A stretch of DNA of 64,000 nt from Selaginella moellendorffii. Its lineage: Eukaryota > Plantae > Lycopodiophyta. The stretch covers positions 1,322,431 to 1,386,430 of the forward strand of contig NW_003314293.1 in NCBI RefSeq assembly GCF_000143415.4, written 5' to 3'. Made by a program: the position numbers and the translations under genes. This document shows positions 1-10,900 of the stretch, piece after piece. A model generated the notes under the pieces. It was not told the origin of the DNA. It made no database searches and worked only from the letters and a program-made list of their open reading frames with translations. How positions within the stretch are numbered: position 1 is the stretch's first letter; the number at the start of each line of letters is the position of its first letter.

Positions 1-290
1 TGCCGGAGGGACAGATTTGAGTCTCCAAACAAGGTGTCGTGCTTATCATGGAGAGTAACTGTGTGCTGGTGGTGCGTGTGAGGGAGACGCACCGGAAGGT
101 TTGGCTGGCTATGGAAGACAGTGGCTTCGAGCATGCATATGGTCAAGCTCATATATCCAGTTTGGAATCGAGCTCGAGTCGGGTTGCAAATGGCCGAGAG
201 TGCTTCGCGACAATCGACCATTTTCTCCAGGCAATGGATCGCGATCGCGAGCGTGATCCTATTAACACACCTCTCTTCTTAAATGCTACC
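1..290 (+). pseudogene. Possible degraded bulb-type (GNA/B-lectin) domain fragment
   Basis: Frameshifted translation RDRFESPNKVS / VLIMESNCVLVVRVRETHRKVWLAMEDSG resembles the bulb-lectin 'LIMQxDCNLVLY...VW' pattern. A 23-nt identical match (103-125) occurs at 7581-7603. Confidence 0.25.
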
Positions 291-336
291 TAGGAAAAGA
301 GTACGACTTTGCAAGTTATCAGGGTTTTTCTTTCGC

Positions 337-1945
337 ATGGAACAAGAGGAGAACAAGCGGCCATTGCTCGCGGCGTCCTTCGCTCCAGGTATGGAATGGC
401 TCCACACCGTCCTGTATTTTCCAAGCCATCGTTTTCTTCGATCAAGCAGGCCACGAGCCGCGAGTTCCAGTGTGGACGGGAGAATTCCCATGCTCGGAAT
501 TGGAAGCCCAAGTCACCGGATCTGAGATACGAGCCGCCGCAGCGCACGATCCATATCCGGCTTGGATCAATGCTTGTGTGGTCACTCCGGATAGCTCCAT
601 CCAAGGCGCTCACGATCCTGGCTATGGAGGCAAGTGGACTCTTTCTCCATGAGATTTTTTGCTCACTTCTAGTTGCAGACGAACAAGCAGCTTCTTCTAC
701 CCACGAGAACTCGAGGTTGGATGTGGAATTAGCTTGTTGGTTTCTAACTCTTCCCCTCGATCTCCAGTGTCCAGAGCTTGCAAGAGGATGAGATTCGCGA
801 CTTACTCATCGATCACGTCCACCACCATTGCTGCTGGGGGAAGCGGCCAGCGTGGTCGTGGAAGATCAGCAAGGTGGAAGACTGTAATGCCTACGTTGGA
901 ACTCTGGAAACTTTCATCGAGGAGAGAGACCTAGTGGAGGAGTGTGTTCCATACGACGGTCGAATCATAGACGAGGGTGGCCGAGCTCCCGGACCTTGGG
1001 AACTCGACACTCGTTCACACTTTCCACCACTCTTCGTGAGCTCCAAAGAGGCTTTGATCAAGGTGCCACACTCGGAAAGTGTGGAGCAATGCACAGGTTC
1101 TCTTGGAGCTCAAAACTTTTTTTTTTCTTTTCGAGAGATTTTTGCTGAGTTTCTTTGGCCAGGTTGCTTCGGACAGGGAGATATCGCTTGTCATGTTTGC
1201 ACGATATACGATGATTCCGGAAATCTCCAGCAAAGGAAAAAGTTTACGTGCTCGGGATGCAATGGCCGTGGCCTCATTGCTCACTTGGATGGCTCCGACA
1301 GCAGGTTTTTCTAGATTGATCTTCGAGTCTTTCACTTATCCTGCCAGAGCTCTCTCTTTTCAGCTGCAAGGAATGCAAGGGAAGCGGCAAAGTTTACTGC
1401 CCGAGATGCCACTCTCGCGGTTTGCTGGCATGCGAGCACTGCAAGTCAGCCGGATCATTCGTCTCATCCATGAGCGTTCGCGTTAAATGGTTAGTGCTTC
1501 TCCCAAGCTTTTACAAGCTGCCAGTGGCGATTGATCTTAAGAGTCCATCTTTCCTTTTACTCCCAGGAGGACACTGCTGAGCAGGAAAGTGATCGCGTCC
1601 AGCCACGCCGCCTCCGTCCCGGACGACGTTTTCCAGCGAGCCAAAGGCGTGGAGCTCTACTGCCACGAATCACAGCAATGCCAGGCAGCAGATTTCCAGG
1701 ACTCGGCACTGCTCAGCCGCTTCTCGAAGGAGATCATCCGGGAGCGAGCTCCAGTCCCCCCGGCGGCGCGAGTCGTGAGCGAGAGGCACCGCATCACGGT
1801 GGTTCCCGTGACCAGAGTGTTGATGAGCGACGGCAAGAGAAGGTGGTTTAAGTTCTATATCGTCGGGCTCAAGAAGGAGGTCTATCTCAAGAACTATCCA
1901 CAAAAGTGCTGCTGCCAGTGTTGCCATAGCTGCACAATCATGTAG
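337..1945 (+). CDS. SSUH2 homologue (DnaJ-like CxxCxGxG zinc-finger protein), multi-exon
   Basis: ATG 337. Spliced exons give MEQEENKRPLL...EDEIRDLLIDHVHHHCCWGKRPA..GPWELD..KVPHSESVEQCTGCFGQG..CSGCNGRGLIAHLDGSD..ERHRITVVPVTRV..FYIVGLKKEVYLKNYP..CTIM*. Stop at 1943-1945. Confidence 0.85.
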
Positions 1946-2025
1946 GTAATTTGTCTCTTGATAAACTCATTGTCGTTATGCTATAGAACTTGGCAATGAC
2001 CGATGCCATCCTAAGAAAAGAGTAT

Positions 2026-2280
2026 GTTATCAGAAATTTTCTTCTTTTTCTTGTTCTTTCGCATGGAACAAGAAGAAGAGATTTTTCATAAGCTTCCAGT
2101 TCTGAGCAGGGAGAATTTTCCCGTCTGATAGTGACCTGCTCGATCGAAGGCATGGATTTTTTAACTCACGAGATCTTTGCTCACTCGTGGCTGGCTGTAG
2201 TCACAGACAAAACAACCAGCTTCTTTCACTCGAGCACTCGTTGGATGTGAAATTAGCTCGTTGATTTCTAACTCTTCCCC
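2026..2280 (+). pseudogene. Degenerate partial tandem duplicate of the 5' part of the SSUH2-like gene
   Basis: ctttcgcatggaacaagaagaa matches ~330-350. gagatctttgctcact...ttggatgtgaaattagctcgttgatttctaactcttccc matches ~651-755. Confidence 0.65.
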
Positions 2281-4380
2281 ATGTTGGTCCATCTCCGTGG
2301 AAGAGATGGAGCGGGCGACTCGAGGTTCAGCTTCTCGGGCTTGTTTATTCCATTAATATTTGCGTTAACCAGGGCAGTGAGTATGACAGAGAACTATGGC
2401 ACGTAGCACATCTCCCTTATTGGCACTCAGGGATCCAGCTTTAGCTCATCCATGAACGCCCAGTGTGATTTGATAGTAAGAAGGAGCCACAGAGTTTTAA
2501 AGAAGGGACATGCATATGAATCGGACTTCTTCTAGTAGCAGTGTACACCAAGCAAAGCTTACTCTTATTCCATTTGGGTCTCTAGTCCTAGCATTGAGCA
2601 GAGTAGCAAATCGACACATACCTGTGGTTGCTTTCATTATAGTAGCTCGATGGCAAGGCGAGCCGCGAGATTCACATCTTTACGAGAGTATCCTGTTCAA
2701 AGAAGAAGGACAAGGAGATGAAGAAGAAAAACAAAGTCGCTCAGACTCTGGCCAGCGAGAATACCTCAAGTCTTCCTGGCAGAGGACATCGTTCCCCGTA
2801 GCGTTTTCATCCTGCCTGCAAAGCCGCCATCCTTGAGATTCCCGGCCAGCAGCTTCCTGCATTGAATCAAAAATGATCCAGCGAAAGAAAATGTTTGACG
2901 AATACCTGACGCTCTGCCAGCAGCTGGTCCTGCAAATCCTCCACCGGTATACAAATCCTCCCGGAACCGCGCCAGCGTGCGTGCGCAAGTCATGAAGAAG
3001 TTACTGCACAGACCACAAACTGTCCTGTGCGACTCGCTCGGACCGCTCGCCCTAGCATATCGTGTATCAAGGTCAAGCCGTGCTCGTTAGTATGCGTTAG
3101 CACAAGAAAAGAGAAGAACCGCTACTCGCTTGAGATGTGTATCCTTGTGCCTCATATCCACTTAGACGTGGACATCGTTGAGGGAATTGAGCTGGGGCAA
3201 AACTTCTGGCAGCAGATGACACGAGCAGGACATCGTAAGAGAAGCAAGCCGAGGGTTGAAGAATCGGAGGTGACGTTCGTGTCAGAGAAACCAGAGGCAT
3301 GAGGAGACTACATGATCAAACCATCAGAGCAAGTTCCCCCAAACTTCTCTAAATCAAATCACCTGAAAGGCGCAGCGGCCAGAGTTTGTGATCCGGCAAC
3401 ATGTGGCAGTGCTCCTCCTTGGCCAGGGGCAATGTACATTTGCCAACACCTGGAATCTTCATGAGCGAAGAAAATGGAAACGCGGTAGCCATCGATTTAC
3501 CATGACAGCGAGCCTGGATGAATCCCTGGAGGGACAAGTAGAGGCGCTGCTGCTGCTGGTAATTTCCAAAGCCTCCCGGACCGATCGCTTGCTGCTGCTC
3601 TCGCCGCCAGCACGATTACTGTTTTGCAGCTGCCCAATGCGAACATAACATCACATAACAAACTCGTTACAGCCATGAGAGCCCCATAGCTGAGAAGTGT
3701 AGAAGCATCAATGAGGTTTGCGAGCATACATTCTTGCTTGGTGGCGTTGGATGGATTATATTTCCAAAATATTAAAAACATAAGGGTTAAAAGGGCTGAC
3801 CTAGATCATATTATTTGCACAAGATAGTATTGCCGATCAATTTCAGAACTGAACAAACAAAAGCGATAAGAAGTAGCATTCCAGACTGGCAACAAATCAA
3901 AAGGTGAGTACTCACTGTCTCTTTTTTGCATTTGCTACAAGATCATCATACAATGCAATGGAGCAGCATTAGTAACCTCAATTGACATGTTCCTTGATCA
4001 ATGACAACGTTGTATAATTGAAGAAGATAATGCAAAACCAGAAAAAAGTTTCACTTTGTTCATTGTGCCCATTGTGTTAGTGGCTCCTTTTATAGCAGCA
4101 GCAACAGAAAGGTATTGGCATACATTGCCTAGACAACAACACTGGGCTAGAAAAACTTCCTGCGAGTTCAATAGGAAAAAAGGAGCCAAAAGAAACATCC
4201 CTGGAGCTTTTGAATGTGCTGCCGCAATCTGATCAATTGCTGTCCCAAGATCGTCGTTGCGCTGAAACTCGATGCCTGAAAACAATTTTTCTGAGCACTG
4301 CCTTCTTCGCAATTTCTTGGGGAGCATCGACTTTCTTCTAAGCTTTTGGCTGGCGGACGTAATATGGGTTAGGGCTGGTG

Positions 4381-5388
4381 ATGGAGCATGTAGATATCCT
4401 TTTGAAGCTTCCTGGACCGAGTCTCTTGAGAGCGAGAGCTGTTTGCAAGGCTTGGAAAGAAGTAATTGATTCTCCATGGTTTTCAAACCGCTACAGGGAT
4501 CCATCGCCCTACATCTTACTGCCATCGTCAAAACAAGAGGGCTTGCCATTCTGTAACATATGCCACTTGGTTCTGGGTAAGTGGTTCAAGTTGGAATTTC
4601 CATCCACATATATCCAGTTGGTCTCTCAGTCCGGGCTGGTGCTGGTCCGGGAAGGCAGAGTTTTTTGGGTGGGGAACCCATTCTTCAATAAGTGGAAACG
4701 ATATAACTTAGACTTGCCATTTGCGAAATTTGATCATGAGCTTGCAACTCTAGCGGATCATGAGCAGGGCTACCGAGTAGTATTTCGGGTGCGTAGGTTT
4801 ATGCAAACAGCAGTCCTCTACTCTTGGAAGTCAGAGTGGCTCGTCACAGAGCAATGTAAGGAGGATATCAAAATGGAGGATTTTGCGGATTTTGTCACAT
4901 CCTCTTCTACTGTTTGTGGCAACATCATCCATTCCATTGGGTCCAAAAACAAAGTGGCACTACTAAGTTGTCGTGTAGACAATGGCAAGGTTCTCTCGCT
5001 CCGCTACTTGAAGCTGGGATCTGAAGTACTTGAAGGGCGTTTTAAGCTCTTTGGTTGGGATGGCAAGCTCTACTTGCTGGGAGAAAATGACAGTCACTTA
5101 TTTGGACTCTTTGAAATAAGAGGAGAGAATGTAGTTCTGATAAGCTGGGCGCCAGAAAGCATTTCTATAAAATTTCCCTTCGTAAGGTCGGCAAGCATAT
5201 ACAACAATATTATCTACTGCATTTTTCAAGTGAAGCTAGCAATGCTAGTAACTTACAACCTCAGTAAACATGGTTCGTGGCAGGTGGTACCACTTCCAGA
5301 ACCATTGCCTCTGTGCATTGGAATCTTAAATATTGTGAAGTTTAGTTTAGACTTACCGTTTGGGTTAGACTTGTGTAGTTCCTATTGA
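4381..5388 (+). CDS. F-box protein (F-box plus kelch/FBA-like C-terminus), single exon
   Basis: MEHVDILLKLPGPSLLRARAVCKAWKEVIDSPWF F-box motif; SQSGLVLV and VGNPFFNKWK motifs; VTYNLSKHGSWQVVPLP terminal motif. Confidence 0.8.
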   Translation: MEHVDILLKLPGPSLLRARAVCKAWKEVIDSPWFSNRYRDPSPYILLPSSKQEGLPFCNICHLVLGKWFKLEFPSTYIQLVSQSGLVLVREGRVFWVGNPFFNKWKRYNLDLPFAKFDHELATLADHEQGYRVVFRVRRFMQTAVLYSWKSEWLVTEQCKEDIKMEDFADFVTSSSTVCGNIIHSIGSKNKVALLSCRVDNGKVLSLRYLKLGSEVLEGRFKLFGWDGKLYLLGENDSHLFGLFEIRGENVVLISWAPESISIKFPFVRSASIYNNIIYCIFQVKLAMLVTYNLSKHGSWQVVPLPEPLPLCIGILNIVKFSLDLPFGLDLCSSY

Positions 5389-6339
5389 TTTTCTTTTTCA
5401 CTTAGTTGATTTTGCTCTTGACCCTCCACACCTGAAAGGTTGTTATGAAAAAAAATCATAAAAATTTTCGAAATAATTTTCTGTCCAGCAGCTTTTTGGA
5501 TTGGGAAATTTTAGTTCCCACTATAAATCTCATCCAGGCCGAGCATTCAGCAGAGAATAAGCCAGCCGAAGGAATAATTTTGCAAAACCTTTACTCCTAG
5601 AATGTTAGAAACACAGTGTTAGGACAAGGAAAATAATGCGAACGATAACATGGATCATGGTCAATCTCCCTTGCCAGAGGCTTGGAAGCTTTCACGAGCA
5701 CTTGACCAGTGAAAGCTTCCAATGCTCTTCAGCAAGAAAAAATGTCTTTTGAGTTTGTCAAAGTTTTGGTACAGCTACCATTTAGATCTCTGATAGATGG
5801 TAATCAACAAAGAGTGGCTCAATCACGTCAAAGGCTAAAGAGGGCTGGGGAAAGCAGGCAGCCTTGCTTTACCCCAATGGCGTTGGTGATCGATTTTTGA
5901 CTGATAAAGTCGGCAAGGATAACGTTATATAATGCCTAGATTATATCTGGGGTGTCCCATGTGCCTTCTGCCAATCCCATAAGCTTTGTCTTGGGACTGT
6001 ATCCGAAGCTTTCTTGAAGTTTACGATATCTACTTGTGTATGGTGCATAACATGATTAAGTGATCTGCACAATTGTATTATCGCCAGAAACCCGTCACAC
6101 ATTTCGCTTTTAAGGCATATCAATTGACAATTAAGATTTCTCTGTTTAGAAGAGCATCAATGGAACAATCAAAATAAAGATCTGTTGCCCTTCTTTTCAG
6201 GAGCCATGCTCGCAATTCAAGAGAGAAGACAAAAAGCGCAAAGGCAAGAATCAAGAAATGAACTCAACATGATGAAGCTTAACTTTATAGAGTGACTTGT
6301 GATCTTATCATATGAGAGTTCTTGCTTTCCGGGTCGGGC

Positions 6340-7060
6340 TGTGTCCAGGAGTTCTCGTGGATGCCCTGATGGATCTGTTGGAGGTGATCAAGCTCTCGTG
6401 GGAGATGGTCAATCCTCTGAAAGCCAGGCCAGTTTCGAGGAGGCCTGCTGCTGCTCATGGCAACAAGGACTACGACTACTACGGTTGTTGACAAAATGGC
6501 TCTCAAGTGTGTTACGAAAAGGCTCTGCAAAGATTGGAAATGGGTTTGTCTCCCTAGCGTTCGAGCGCGAATCGCCCACGTCCGCCCGCACAACAAATCT
6601 CGTGTCCAACTTCTGAGCAAGACTACCATCTTTCAGGTGTAGATTGATCTCTTGAGCACTTTATTCAAGCAAAGAAATAAAGCTCTAAATCGATCGGAAC
6701 GAGGTCGGAGATTCGCTGTTCGTGATAGAATGCCAAGCGTATGCATTCTCTAGACAAAGCGATTGGCTGTGTCGATCTCACAAACGAGATCGTGGTGAGA
6801 TCCAGAACGAGATCACCAGCCGGATCTGGGAGGAGGTGGCTGGTTTACAGCCTGCGGCCACAAGGATGCTTGAGCTGCACCACAATCACTGTCTTGTTGT
6901 CTTCGACACTCATGGCTTGCATGCTATCACAAAAGAAGGCAAGTTGCATGGCCTGCCAACTACCCGCCAGTCGTGGATGCTGGGACAAATGCTCTCAACG
7001 CACTCCCGCGGCACACCATCTGATGCCAGCACCAGAAACTTACAGCCCCCATCATGATGG
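6340..7060 (+). pseudogene. Possible degraded F-box/kelch-type gene remnant
   Basis: Disrupted frames with 'MVNPLK..', 'WKWVCLPS', 'IWEEVAGLQP' and 'TRQSW' resemble F-box C-terminal repeats. No continuous ORF. Confidence 0.2.
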
Positions 7061-7783
7061 AAATCAATTTCCACAACGTCGGGAAGAGCCACTACCGCGG
7101 GATTTTTCAACTGAATTCTTATTTCCCTTCCCTTCCTGAATGAAATAATCCAAGAACCCAAACGAGTACAAGGGGCTTAGTAAAATAGCGAGAGATACGG
7201 AAATAGGAGTGGAGCGTAGCGTGGTTATGAGCGTCTGTGGCATAACACCACTTTTAAGTTGTGATTCACTGGTTGAATAGTTTACAGCCCTGATCATACT
7301 GGCTGAGCACACATCTGACAGTTGAAATCCGCAGATATGATCCGACAAAACGTGTTGCTGTTTGAAACTGCGAACTTCTCCTGTATTGCGTGGTCAATTT
7401 CTTGGTGCTTCAATCGTCCTTGCTTGGATCTAACCCTCAATGAACTCTTTATTGTTCCAATAGTGCTACTGCGTCACCATGGATCTGGGATCGAACATTG
7501 TTGTGCAACACAACCCAAAAGTTGCTGGACGGCGTTGAAAGGCCTGGGCAAATGGCAAAAACGTGGGAATTATACTTATGGGCTGGCTATGGAAGACAGT
7601 GGCCGACTTTCGATGTACTGATGACGCCAGCAGCCGGACGGAGAAGCACAGCTTGAATTAGTTGTTTGTCTGGAATGTCTGGCTTCTTTCCGACATCAAA
7701 ACATTTATAATGCAAGGTGGCGGGCTTTAAGTTAATGAAGTTGGTTAACAATGTAAGAAGAGTAAAATAAAACGAACTCTCTT

Positions 7784-10462
7784 TCACCCAAGAAACTTGG
7801 CAAGCTCCATTCTTACCTCATTCGCAGCGTCCGCCATCACCTTGCCATTGTTTATGGTCGTAGTCGTCCACTGGATATTGTCCTCGCTCTTCAAGAATCG
7901 CCCTCCTCTCGGGTACTGCACTTGCTGCCACCCCATCGCGCTCCATTTGTCACACTGCTCCTCGATCCTCCTCCTCTTGAACCGAAAGTGCGCCGCGATC
8001 AAATCCTTGAACACCTCGTCCGGACTGCGCAGCGCCGGCACCATGGAATGCATCATCGTGTTGAAGCACTGCTCGTAGTTGTAGTTCTCGGACTCGTAGT
8101 GGCGGCTACCATCCTTGGGCCTGCTCTTCTCCCACCCGGGTTCGTTGTAGTAAGGCTCGCTCACGAACACCAGGCTTTGGAGCGACACGAGCAGCTGGAG
8201 CAGCGTCGAGGATCCCGGCTGCCACGATGGCCCGGTCCAAGTCCCCAGCAAGCTCAAGCACACCTTGCCACAGTGGTACAAGTTTGGGTTGAATCGCACC
8301 TTGCCGCCGGCGGTGGTCAGGAACTGGACCGACGGAGGGGAGCTCGGGTAGCCATCGCCCACGAAGATGTCGAAGAGGAAGATCCCATTCTCGTATGGCG
8401 TGTCGTGGGGGCCGATGATGAGCGCGCGGAGGAGGTCCATCCGGAACTCGTCCACCCGGACGTGGATCGAGGAGTGGAACTCGAGCGGGAGCTGCGTGGC
8501 GAGGCCAGCCAGCTCCTTGGCGATGCGCCGGGACCGGCTGCCGTTGCCCAAGTCCGCGTCCCAGTGGATCGAGCTCCGGAAGTAGTGATTCTGGAGGAGC
8601 GCAGCGTGGCCGAACTGGAGTGGCTTGAGCGCCGTCACGTAGTCGAGCTCCTCGCTGCTTGGTTCGTCCATGGCGATCACTTGCTTGCCTTTGTCGTCGT
8701 GTCGCGGCGGTGGAGAGCTCTCCTTCTCGATCGTGATGCTGCTAGCGCCGGAGGAGGGCGACCCTGACGGAAGAGCACCAGGGTGGCGGAGCTTGAAAAC
8801 TTGGTCCGAGTCTTCCATCCACGCTGCATGCCACGCGAGGCGCTGCCTCCACGCACTGATCCGCCGCACCAGCCGCTCAAACGTGTCCTTTGCCTCGCCA
8901 AACAGCGCCGCCTCCACCGCGGAGTTCTCGTCGTCGTCCACCCCGCCAAGCATCGGCGTGCTCAGGAAGAACGAGGCCTGCGTGTGGAGCTTCGCGAAGC
9001 TGGCCATGAGCGACGCCGGATGGAACAGTCCCTCGCTGCCGCTCCAGCAATCGTGGCTCGGATCCGACGCGCTGCCGCAAACCAGCGGGAGGAGCTCCGG
9101 AAGGCCGGCAACAGTCCGCAGCAGAGCAAAGAGCTCGAAGTGGAGCTCCGAGCGGGAGACGATGTCCAGCGCTGAATCGTTGCGGAGCAGCCAGCTGAGA
9201 ACATCGCGGGCGATAGAGTCACGGCAGCACAGCAGCGCGGCTGCTGGCAGCGAGACCCGGCCGCCATTCTCCAGGCACGCCAGCTTGATCCCGTCAGAGA
9301 GCTTCCTCAACACCTCGACCACTGCCTTGTCCGAGGCCTCGACATTCTTATCCACGGCCACTGCGCAAACCTCCTTGGAGCTCGCCGTCTCGGACTTCTT
9401 CGCCTTGAAAGCTCGCCGGATCGACGAGCTCTTCTTCGTGTAGTTCTTCCTCGCCACCTTGACGCTCAAGCTCGAGTGATACACTGCCCGGAGCTCCTCC
9501 ACCGTCGCAAAGATGGTCTCCATCTCCGCGTCCCACGAAAAGGTCGCCGCCGCCGCCGCCACCTTGAGCCGCTTCGCCGAATTCTCACCGGGGTTGAAAG
9601 CCGCCGAGGCGTCGCGCATCCTCGAGCACAGCCACTGGTCCACAAAGTCCACGGCCTTCTTGCCGGCGACAACTCTTAGATCCTGTCGGCTCAGGGGGAG
9701 CTGGCAGATCGGACACTCGAATCCCGCAAACCCGGACTGGAGCCTCTCCACACGGTCGCCGACGAGCCCGACCGCGCAATCCCGGCAAAAACCGTGCCCA
9801 CATCCTTGGAGGGAGTAGCCGTCAACGCCGTCAACGCGGCACACCACGCAGTTGACCGGGGGCTTGACCGCTGGAGGAGCCGGGTCCTCCTCGATCATCG
9901 TCAAATCGATCGGATCAAACGGGGCTCGGCACATAGAACACGCGCTGGAGGGCATCTCATTGATGAAAGTGCAAGCCGGGCAAGCTCTCTCGCTCGATCC
10001 CGATGATCCTTCTTCGCTGTTCTTGGGCTCGTTGTTGCGAATCTCCTGCTCGATCCGCGGCTCAAACCGGGCATTGCACATAGAACACGCCAGCGCTCCC
10101 ATCTTGTTGGCGAAAGTGCAAACTGGGCATGGCTTCGATCCGGCGGCGCCGCTCGAGGCCCCAAACTCCGATCGACACATGCTACACTTGGCGGCCCTGG
10201 AGAAATTGAGATACGTGCAAACCTCGCAAAGCTTGGAGCGGGCCTCCTTGCCCGATTCATCGTCACTGCCATCGATCACCACAACGTTATCCTGCGGAGG
10301 AGGAGGATGGGGAGGAGGAGCACCATAGCCAGGCCCAGGAGCTACAAATTCTACTTCATCTCCTCCACTGTCGTCCTCTTCCTCGTCTTCCTCGTCTTCC
10401 TCTTCTTCCTCTTCTCCTTGACTGTAGTAGCCATCCCCCGTCTCGCCCCAGTCCACCTCCAT
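7784..10462 (-). CDS. 892-aa single-exon protein: acidic N-terminus, three NZF/RanBP2 zinc fingers, RING-HC finger, BIRC6/BRUCE-type UBC (E2) domain
   Basis: NZFs: CEVCTYLN..CSMC, CPVCTFAN..CSMC, CPACTFIN..CSMC. RING: CVVC..CGHGFCRDC..CPIC. BIRC6-like pre-UBC block: LLRNDSALDIV. UBC: RIAKELAGLATQLP..GPHDTPYENG..RFNPNLYHCGKVCLSLLGTW..EPYYNEPG, with catalytic Cys at 8258-8260. Confidence 0.9.
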   Translation of the reverse strand: MEVDWGETGDGYYSQGEEEEEEDEEDEEEDDSGGDEVEFVAPGPGYGAPPPHPPPPQDNVVVIDGSDDESGKEARSKLCEVCTYLNFSRAAKCSMCRSEFGASSGAAGSKPCPVCTFANKMGALACSMCNARFEPRIEQEIRNNEPKNSEEGSSGSSERACPACTFINEMPSSACSMCRAPFDPIDLTMIEEDPAPPAVKPPVNCVVCRVDGVDGYSLQGCGHGFCRDCAVGLVGDRVERLQSGFAGFECPICQLPLSRQDLRVVAGKKAVDFVDQWLCSRMRDASAAFNPGENSAKRLKVAAAAATFSWDAEMETIFATVEELRAVYHSSLSVKVARKNYTKKSSSIRRAFKAKKSETASSKEVCAVAVDKNVEASDKAVVEVLRKLSDGIKLACLENGGRVSLPAAALLCCRDSIARDVLSWLLRNDSALDIVSRSELHFELFALLRTVAGLPELLPLVCGSASDPSHDCWSGSEGLFHPASLMASFAKLHTQASFFLSTPMLGGVDDDENSAVEAALFGEAKDTFERLVRRISAWRQRLAWHAAWMEDSDQVFKLRHPGALPSGSPSSGASSITIEKESSPPPRHDDKGKQVIAMDEPSSEELDYVTALKPLQFGHAALLQNHYFRSSIHWDADLGNGSRSRRIAKELAGLATQLPLEFHSSIHVRVDEFRMDLLRALIIGPHDTPYENGIFLFDIFVGDGYPSSPPSVQFLTTAGGKVRFNPNLYHCGKVCLSLLGTWTGPSWQPGSSTLLQLLVSLQSLVFVSEPYYNEPGWEKSRPKDGSRHYESENYNYEQCFNTMMHSMVPALRSPDEVFKDLIAAHFRFKRRRIEEQCDKWSAMGWQQVQYPRGGRFLKSEDNIQWTTTTINNGKVMADAANEVRMELAKFLG

Positions 10463-10900
10463 GCCCGGAAAAAGCTTTGCCCTCGCCGGCGAGCGAATAT
10501 TCTCCCTATCAAACCCTAGGCCTAGGGGAATATACCGGTCAATTTATCTATTTTAGGGCTGACATCAGCGATAGGATGCTGACCTTTGGTTGCTCGGGTT
10601 TTATTTTTTTGTTTGCTTTTTCCGCTTTCGCGCGTTTCCTGGATTTGAAAAAGCTCTGTTCTTGGTCGCGGATGATTAGGGCGAAGCGATGAGAGGGCGA
10701 GCTGTGATCGTCGGGAGATGGGTAGCAGCGGCGAGAGCCCGTGCCAGTTTATCGTCGAGCTCCTGAGCGAGAATGCGTACGATCTCATCTCCTGATCTAG
10801 AGAGGTTTTCACAGTTTCTCTTCCTTTTGCTCGTTTTCTCTAAATCAGTCCCAGTGACCGCGATCATCGTCCCCCGCCCCCGCCTCTGCCATCGAATCTA
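10463..10900. promoter_or_regulatory. Compact divergent (bidirectional) promoter region with telo-box-like motif
   Basis: 438 bp between head-to-head ATGs (10462 minus, 10901 plus). aaaccctag at 10511 overlaps a perfect 14-bp palindrome ccctaggcctaggg (10514-10527). Confidence 0.45.

Noticed and set aside
7797-10328. Long plus-strand ORFs (e.g. 7922-8767, 8670-9443) overlapping the UBC gene
   Set aside because: Antisense shadows of a GC-rich coding sequence; no motifs.
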